The position numbers were made by a program, and so were the translations under genes. Shown here piece by piece: positions 27,356-32,000 of a stretch of 32,000 nt of DNA. Every line of letters starts with the position of its first letter. The stretch's first letter is position 1. Origin of the DNA: Vibrio cholerae ATCC 14035 (GTDB taxonomy: Bacteria > Pseudomonadota > Gammaproteobacteria > Enterobacterales > Vibrionaceae); NCBI RefSeq assembly GCF_000621645.1, contig NZ_JHXR01000021.1, forward strand, positions 1 to 32,000. Direction: 5' to 3'. The notes under the pieces are model-generated. The model saw nothing but the letters and a program-made list of their open reading frames with translations, was not told the origin of the DNA and did no database searches.

Positions 27356-27985
27356 ATGAACAACAATCGAACCATTACACTGGCTTGGACTGGCGCTTCC
27401 GGAGCGCCTTACGGGCTGCGCTTATTGCAATGCTTGTTAGCGGCAGACTATCAGGTGTACCTACTGATCTCTTCGGCGGCGCGAGTGGTACTGGCGACTG
27501 AGCACGGCTTGAAACTGCCCGCCAACCCTGAAGCGGCGCAAGCGGCTTTGGTGAAGCATCTGGGCTGCGCCAGTGATAAGTTGGTGGTGTGTGGAAAAGA
27601 AGATTGGTTTTCGCCAGTGGCTTCCGGTTCGGCTGCCCCCAAGCAGATGGTGGTGTGTCCATGCTCGGCAGGCAGTGTAGCCGCGATTGCTCATGGCATG
27701 TCTGATAATCTGATTGAACGCGCCGCTGATGTGGTGCTGAAAGAGCGTGGACAACTGCTGTTGGTGGTGCGTGAAACGCCATTCTCCACTTTGCACTTAG
27801 AAAATATGCTTAAGCTCTCGCACATGGGGGTGACTATCATGCCTGCTGCGCCGGGTTTTTATCATCAGCCACAATCGATTGACGATCTGGTCGATTTTAT
27901 GGTGGCGCGCATTCTTGATCATCTTGGCATCGAACAAGCGCTCGTACCGCGTTGGGGCTATGATCAACGCGTGCGCGGCGAGTAA
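27356..27985 (+). CDS. ubiX: flavin prenyltransferase UbiX
   Basis: [14 protein letters not shown] flavoprotein motif with an UbiX-like body. ATG 27356 has a taaggtgag SD. The ORF track uses GTG 27350. The start lies 12 nt after the mpl stop. Confidence 0.9.
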   Translation: MNNNRTITLAWTGASGAPYGLRLLQCLLAADYQVYLLISSAARVVLATEHGLKLPANPEAAQAALVKHLGCASDKLVVCGKEDWFSPVASGSAAPKQMVVCPCSAGSVAAIAHGMSDNLIERAADVVLKERGQLLLVVRETPFSTLHLENMLKLSHMGVTIMPAAPGFYHQPQSIDDLVDFMVARILDHLGIEQALVPRWGYDQRVRGE

Positions 27986-28050
27986 TGACATGGCCAGTCG
28001 CGATTTTCCGCTACTGGCTAATTACAAGATTTCCCATTACAATCCAACCC

Positions 28051-28170
28051 ACTCACGGGGGGCCACCCATTCATCCGAATGGCGCTGAGATCAAGCACTG
28101 CTTGGGACCCGCAATGACTGCGATGTTCGCGGTTGAACCTGAACCAGATAATGCTGGCGTAGGAATTGAG
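28051..28170 (+). promoter_or_regulatory. TPP (THI-box) riboswitch aptamer controlling thiBPQ
   Basis: Conserved blocks occur in the correct order: acggggggc, P3-like hairpin ccattc-atcc-gaatgg, CTGAGA, ACCC, GAACCTGAaCCAGATAATGCTGGCGTAGGAA. A P1 candidate is actca/tgag. The aptamer ends about 75 nt upstream of the thiB start. Confidence 0.85.
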
Positions 28171-28246
28171 CTAGGTTTGCAGAATGGAATAATGGACGAT
28201 TCTCTGCCTCCCTCAAGCCTGTGCCGCTCATTAAGGAGAGCGAGCC

Positions 28247-29239
28247 TTGAAATTTCAACTGACTGCGGTTGCGTTAGCAACCCTATGTGTTGCCTCAGCA
28301 GCGTCTGCTGCACCAACCCTCACCGTTTACACTTACGACTCTTTTGCCGCCGAATGGGGACCTGCACCTGCGATTGAAAAAGCGTTTGAAGCACAATGTG
28401 GCTGCGATCTGCAATTTGTCGCTTTGGATGATGGCGTGTCGATTCTTAACCGTCTGCGTTTGGAAGGCAGCAACAGCAAAGCCGATGTGGTGCTGGGGCT
28501 CGATAACAACCTTATCGAAGAAGCCAAGCAAACCGGATTATTGGCGACCCACAGTGTGGATACCAGCAAGGTGACTCTGCCCAATGGCTGGAGTGACAAC
28601 ACATTTGTGCCTTACGACTATGGCTATTTCGCTTTCGTCTATAACAAAGAGAAGCTGGCTAACCCGCCAACCAGCTTGAAAGAGCTGGTGGAAAAACGTG
28701 ATGATCTGAAAGTGATCTACCAAGACCCGCGCACTTCAACGCCGGGACAAGGTTTACTGCTGTGGATGAAATCTGTCTATGGCGACCAAGCGCCACAAGC
28801 GTGGAAGCAGTTGGCGAGCAAAACGGTCACTGTGACCAAAGGTTGGTCAGAAGCTTACTCTATGTTTCTCGGTGGAGAGGCGGATCTGGTGCTCTCTTAC
28901 ACCACATCGCCGGCCTATCATTTGATTGCAGAAAATGATGCACGTTTTGCCACAGCGAATTTCAGCGAGGGGCATTACCTGCAAGTGGAAGTGGCCGCCA
29001 AAGTCAAAAGCACTAAAAATGGCGAGCTGGCGGACAAGTTCCTGCAATTTATCCTGAGTAATGAGTTCCAAAGCGTGATCCCAACGGGTAACTGGATGTA
29101 TCCAGTGACGGCGGTTGAACTGCCAAAAGGGTTTGATACTTTGGCGGTACCGACACAATCTCTTTCTTTCAGCGCACAGGAAGTCGCGCAAATGCGTAAG
29201 CCATGGATTCGTGAGTGGCAGCAAGCGCTGAGCTTTTAA
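28247..29239 (+). CDS. thiB: thiamine ABC transporter periplasmic binding protein
   Basis: 330 aa. Signal peptide MKFQLTAVALATLCVASAASA. Family-1 solute-binding fold resembling TbpA. TTG start with an aaggagag SD 7 nt upstream. Confidence 0.92.
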   Translation: MKFQLTAVALATLCVASAASAAPTLTVYTYDSFAAEWGPAPAIEKAFEAQCGCDLQFVALDDGVSILNRLRLEGSNSKADVVLGLDNNLIEEAKQTGLLATHSVDTSKVTLPNGWSDNTFVPYDYGYFAFVYNKEKLANPPTSLKELVEKRDDLKVIYQDPRTSTPGQGLLLWMKSVYGDQAPQAWKQLASKTVTVTKGWSEAYSMFLGGEADLVLSYTTSPAYHLIAENDARFATANFSEGHYLQVEVAAKVKSTKNGELADKFLQFILSNEFQSVIPTGNWMYPVTAVELPKGFDTLAVPTQSLSFSAQEVAQMRKPWIREWQQALSF

Positions 29240-29248
29240 GGTTAAGCG

Positions 29249-30841
29249 TTGAATCGAACTCCTCAATTAGGCTTTTGGGTCGCGGCTGGTGTCGCGACCT
29301 TTGTCCTCGCGGCATTAGCGGCGCTGCTCTGGCAAGCGCCACCGCTCAATCTGAATCTGATCTGGCAAGATGCCTATTATCGGCATGTTACCCAGTTCAG
29401 CTTTTATCAAGCCTTCTGGTCCACCGTGCTCAGTGTGGGGTTGGCAATTCCGGTTGCTCATGCCCTCAGTCAGCGCCGTTTCCCCGGTCGTGATTTACTA
29501 CTGAAACTGTTCGCGATGACGCTGGTTTTGCCCGTACTGGTGGCGATTTTTGGTTTAATCGCGATTTACGGTAATAGTGGTTTTTTGGCCAAAACGCTGC
29601 ACAGTGTCGGGCTCTCGCTGCCGTTTTCGATTTATGGTTTAAACGGTATTTTACTTGCCCATGTACTGTTTAATTTGCCTTATGCCAGCCGTTTGCTGCT
29701 GCAAAGTTTAGAAGCGATCCCCAGTGAGCAGCACAAGCTGTGCGCCCATCTCGGCATGAGCCGTTGGCAAAAGTTTAAGTGGGTCGAGTGGCCACGCTTG
29801 CGTCAGCAACTGCCGCACGTTGCAGGCTTGGTGTTTATGCTTTGCTTTACTAGCTTTGCAACCGTGATGGCGCTCGGCGGCGGGCCTAAAGCAACCACCA
29901 TTGAGCTCGCGATCTACCAAGCGATCAAATTCGATTTCGATCTGCAAATTGGCGCGTTATTGGCGATTTGGCAGATGTTGCTATGTACCTTACTGACTTT
30001 TACCCTGCAGCGTTTTTCGCATTCACGCCCCATGAACAGTTCCGGGAGTAAGGTGACTGAGCGTTGGGTACGTGATTCATGGCGCGCCAAAGTTTGGGAT
30101 ACGAGCTGGATTGTCGCCGCATGTGTCTTGGTATTGCCACCATTAGTGATGGTGGTGCTGGCAGGGCTCAATTCAAAGCTTGGCAAGGTACTGACGAGCG
30201 GCGATTTTTGGTCGGCAGTCAGCCACTCTTTGCAAGTGGCGAGCTTAGCCAGTAGCTTGGCTCTGGCCAGTGGAATCGCGATGTTACTCACCAGCCGAGC
30301 CTTGCGGTTGAAAGCGGCTCATCGCCGCGCCAATGGCGTGGAGTGGATCGCGACGTTAATTCTGGTCACGCCGGGATTAGTGGTGAGTACCGGACTCTTT
30401 TTGTTGCTGCGTAATATCACCGATGTGTTTAGTTTAGCTTACTGGATTGTGGTCGCAGTCAACGCGCTAATGGCGCTGCCTTACGTCGTAAAAACCTTGA
30501 GCCAACCTATGTGGCACTTGGCTCAGCAATATGAATTGCTGTGCGCCAGTTTAGGCATGTCTGGTTGGCGTCGATTTCGTTTAGTGGAGTGGCGCGCGCT
30601 GCGTAAGCCTCTCTCCCATGCGTTTGCGATCGGTTTTCTGCTCTCGATGGGGGATTTAAGCGCAATTGCCCTGTTTGGTAGCCAAGATTTTCGCACACTG
30701 CCGCTCTATCTTTATCAACTGCTCGGCAGCTATCAGATGGATACCGCGGCGGTCGTTGCGTTGGCCATGCTGATCATGAGTGTGGGTTGGTTTTATGTGA
30801 TTGAGCGGCTGTTTGCCCAGCGTCCGCTTACCAAACGCTAA
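29249..30841 (+). CDS. thiP: thiamine ABC transporter permease (duplicated 6-TM MetI-like domains)
   Basis: 530 aa. Two BPD-transporter halves, each with an EAA-like loop (LGMSRWQKFKWVEWP / LGMSGWRRFRLVEWR). TTG start. Confidence 0.92.
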   Translation: MNRTPQLGFWVAAGVATFVLAALAALLWQAPPLNLNLIWQDAYYRHVTQFSFYQAFWSTVLSVGLAIPVAHALSQRRFPGRDLLLKLFAMTLVLPVLVAIFGLIAIYGNSGFLAKTLHSVGLSLPFSIYGLNGILLAHVLFNLPYASRLLLQSLEAIPSEQHKLCAHLGMSRWQKFKWVEWPRLRQQLPHVAGLVFMLCFTSFATVMALGGGPKATTIELAIYQAIKFDFDLQIGALLAIWQMLLCTLLTFTLQRFSHSRPMNSSGSKVTERWVRDSWRAKVWDTSWIVAACVLVLPPLVMVVLAGLNSKLGKVLTSGDFWSAVSHSLQVASLASSLALASGIAMLLTSRALRLKAAHRRANGVEWIATLILVTPGLVVSTGLFLLLRNITDVFSLAYWIVVAVNALMALPYVVKTLSQPMWHLAQQYELLCASLGMSGWRRFRLVEWRALRKPLSHAFAIGFLLSMGDLSAIALFGSQDFRTLPLYLYQLLGSYQMDTAAVVALAMLIMSVGWFYVIERLFAQRPLTKR

Positions 30842-30852
30842 TAAGGAAAAGC

Positions 30853-31569
30853 ATGTTAGCTCTAGATAAAGTGCGTTACGAATATGAGCACGAATGGTTC
30901 GAGTTTGATCTGAACGTGGCTGATGGCGACATTGTGGCGCTGATGGGACCCAGTGGCGCGGGTAAATCTACCTTGCTCAGTCTGGTGGCGGGTTTTATTG
31001 AACCGGTGAGCGGCAGCATCAAGGTCAATGATCAGTCGGTACTCGGTTTAGCGCCTTATCAACGCCCTTTTTCGATGCTCTTTCAGGAGCACAACCTGTT
31101 TGCCCATCTTACCGTGCGTGAAAACATCGGCTTAGGTTTACATCCAGGCCTCAAATTGAACGCTGAGCAGAAACAGCAAGTGGTTGATGCCGCTCAGCAA
31201 GTAGGAATTGCCGACTACCTAGATCGTTTACCTGAGCAACTTTCCGGCGGGCAACGCCAGAGGGTGGCACTCGCGCGCTGTTTTGTGCAGCCGAATCCGA
31301 TTTGGTTGCTTGATGAGCCATTTTCGGCGCTCGATCCTTTGCTGCGTGAAGAGATGCTTGCTTTGGTAAAACAGTTAGCCAGTGAGCGGCAGCGCACTGT
31401 TGTGATGGTGACCCACCATCTTAGTGATGCGCGTGCCATCGCCAGCCAAATCGCATTTTTGAGCCAAGGTAAAGTGAAGGTGGTGAGTGATTGTCAGGCA
31501 GTGACAGCGCAGCATCCTCATCCTGAACTGGCTCAGTTTGTGGCGGCGGCACTGAGTGAGCCGAAATAA
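30853..31569 (+). CDS. thiQ: thiamine ABC transporter ATP-binding protein
   Basis: 238 aa. Walker A GPSGAGKST, signature LSGGQRQRVALAR, Walker B WLLDEPFSALD. Confidence 0.92.
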   Translation: MLALDKVRYEYEHEWFEFDLNVADGDIVALMGPSGAGKSTLLSLVAGFIEPVSGSIKVNDQSVLGLAPYQRPFSMLFQEHNLFAHLTVRENIGLGLHPGLKLNAEQKQQVVDAAQQVGIADYLDRLPEQLSGGQRQRVALARCFVQPNPIWLLDEPFSALDPLLREEMLALVKQLASERQRTVVMVTHHLSDARAIASQIAFLSQGKVKVVSDCQAVTAQHPHPELAQFVAAALSEPK

Positions 31570-31602
31570 CGCTGAGTGAACGGATATACATCGACCGTAA
31601 AG

Positions 31603-31631
31603 AAAAAGGTTAGCTTGCGCTAACCTTTTTT
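31603..31631. terminator. bidirectional rho-independent terminator between convergent thiQ and yjgA
   Basis: aaaaa-ggttagc-ttgc-gctaacc-tttttt. Confidence 0.8.
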
Positions 31632-31672
31632 GATGCTGTTGGTTAAAACGAGATGGCTTGCGGCCTCGCGTT

Positions 31673-32000
31673 TTATTCCGCTGAATCCAGATCGTCTTCA
31701 CTCTCTTCTTCGATCTCTTGTTTTGCCAACATCGCTTCTTTCAGCAGTTGGAAGATCTCGCGAGACGATTTTGGCGGCTTGTTGCCCGCTTTTTCTTTGC
31801 TGGCTTGACGCGCTAACAGACGCAGACGTTGACGATCCGCTTCTGGGTATTGCTCCATCGCCACTTCAATCGCGCTATCCCCTTCGGCAACGATGCGATC
31901 ACGCAGTTGCTCCAGTTTGTGCAGTAATGCAGTGGTTTGCGAGTGCTTGTTACGCAGCTTATCCAGTGCCGCTTGCAGTGGCTCTGGGTCAATATGGCGC
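31673..32000 (-). CDS. yjgA: ribosome-associated protein YjgA/DarP (DUF615), C-terminal part; the 5' end lies beyond the window
   Basis: The frame stays open to position 32000: ...[77 protein letters not shown]... This closely parallels the E. coli YjgA C-terminus as I recall it. The ORF-track start at 31864 is an internal GTG. Confidence 0.85.
   Translation of the reverse strand, partial: RHIDPEPLQAALDKLRNKHSQTTALLHKLEQLRDRIVAEGDSAIEVAMEQYPEADRQRLRLLARQASKEKAGNKPPKSSREIFQLLKEAMLAKQEIEEESEDDLDSAE

Noticed and set aside
27985-28377. 130-aa plus-strand ORF spanning the region upstream of thiB
   Set aside because: It runs straight through the TPP riboswitch aptamer and then overlaps thiB out of frame. 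The riboswitch plus the signal-peptide-bearing thiB frame explain the sequence better.

Overview
This is a gamma-proteobacterial core-chromosome window. Gene content, order and about 47-50% GC look like Vibrio cholerae chromosome 1, but that is recollection I cannot check here. I support 31 protein-coding genes with no large gaps.

The backbone is syntenic with the E. coli 95-min region: fklB-ytfB, cpdB, ytfJ, msrA, tamA-tamB-ytfP, ppa, fbp, mpl, yjgA. Several modules sit in that backbone:
- an elaA-eamA pair
- dbpA
- a Crp/Fnr-like regulator
- cobA-cysDNC (sulfate activation)
- an orphan DUF2806-like gene
- a Zur-box-fronted five-cistron zinc module (DUF2946-like, His-rich ZrgA-like, MacB/FtsX-type ABC ATPase and permease, DUF3299)
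- ubiX
- a TPP-riboswitch-controlled thiBPQ operon

I found no rRNA, tRNA, CRISPR array, integrase, transposase or compositional island, so this does not look like a mobile or defence region.

The least explained biology is the zinc module. Parts of it are described in V. cholerae as zrg and in P. aeruginosa as PA4063-66. Its two DUF partners, its unusual ABC class and its leader repeats remain unexplained.

Secondary curiosities:
- a cNMP-domain regulator placed directly behind the cpdB terminator
- a candidate 34-aa membrane peptide
- a short intergenic repeat family
- repeat and palindrome clusters in the msrA-tamA region and the zrg leader

All family assignments come from motif recognition by eye. 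No searches were run.
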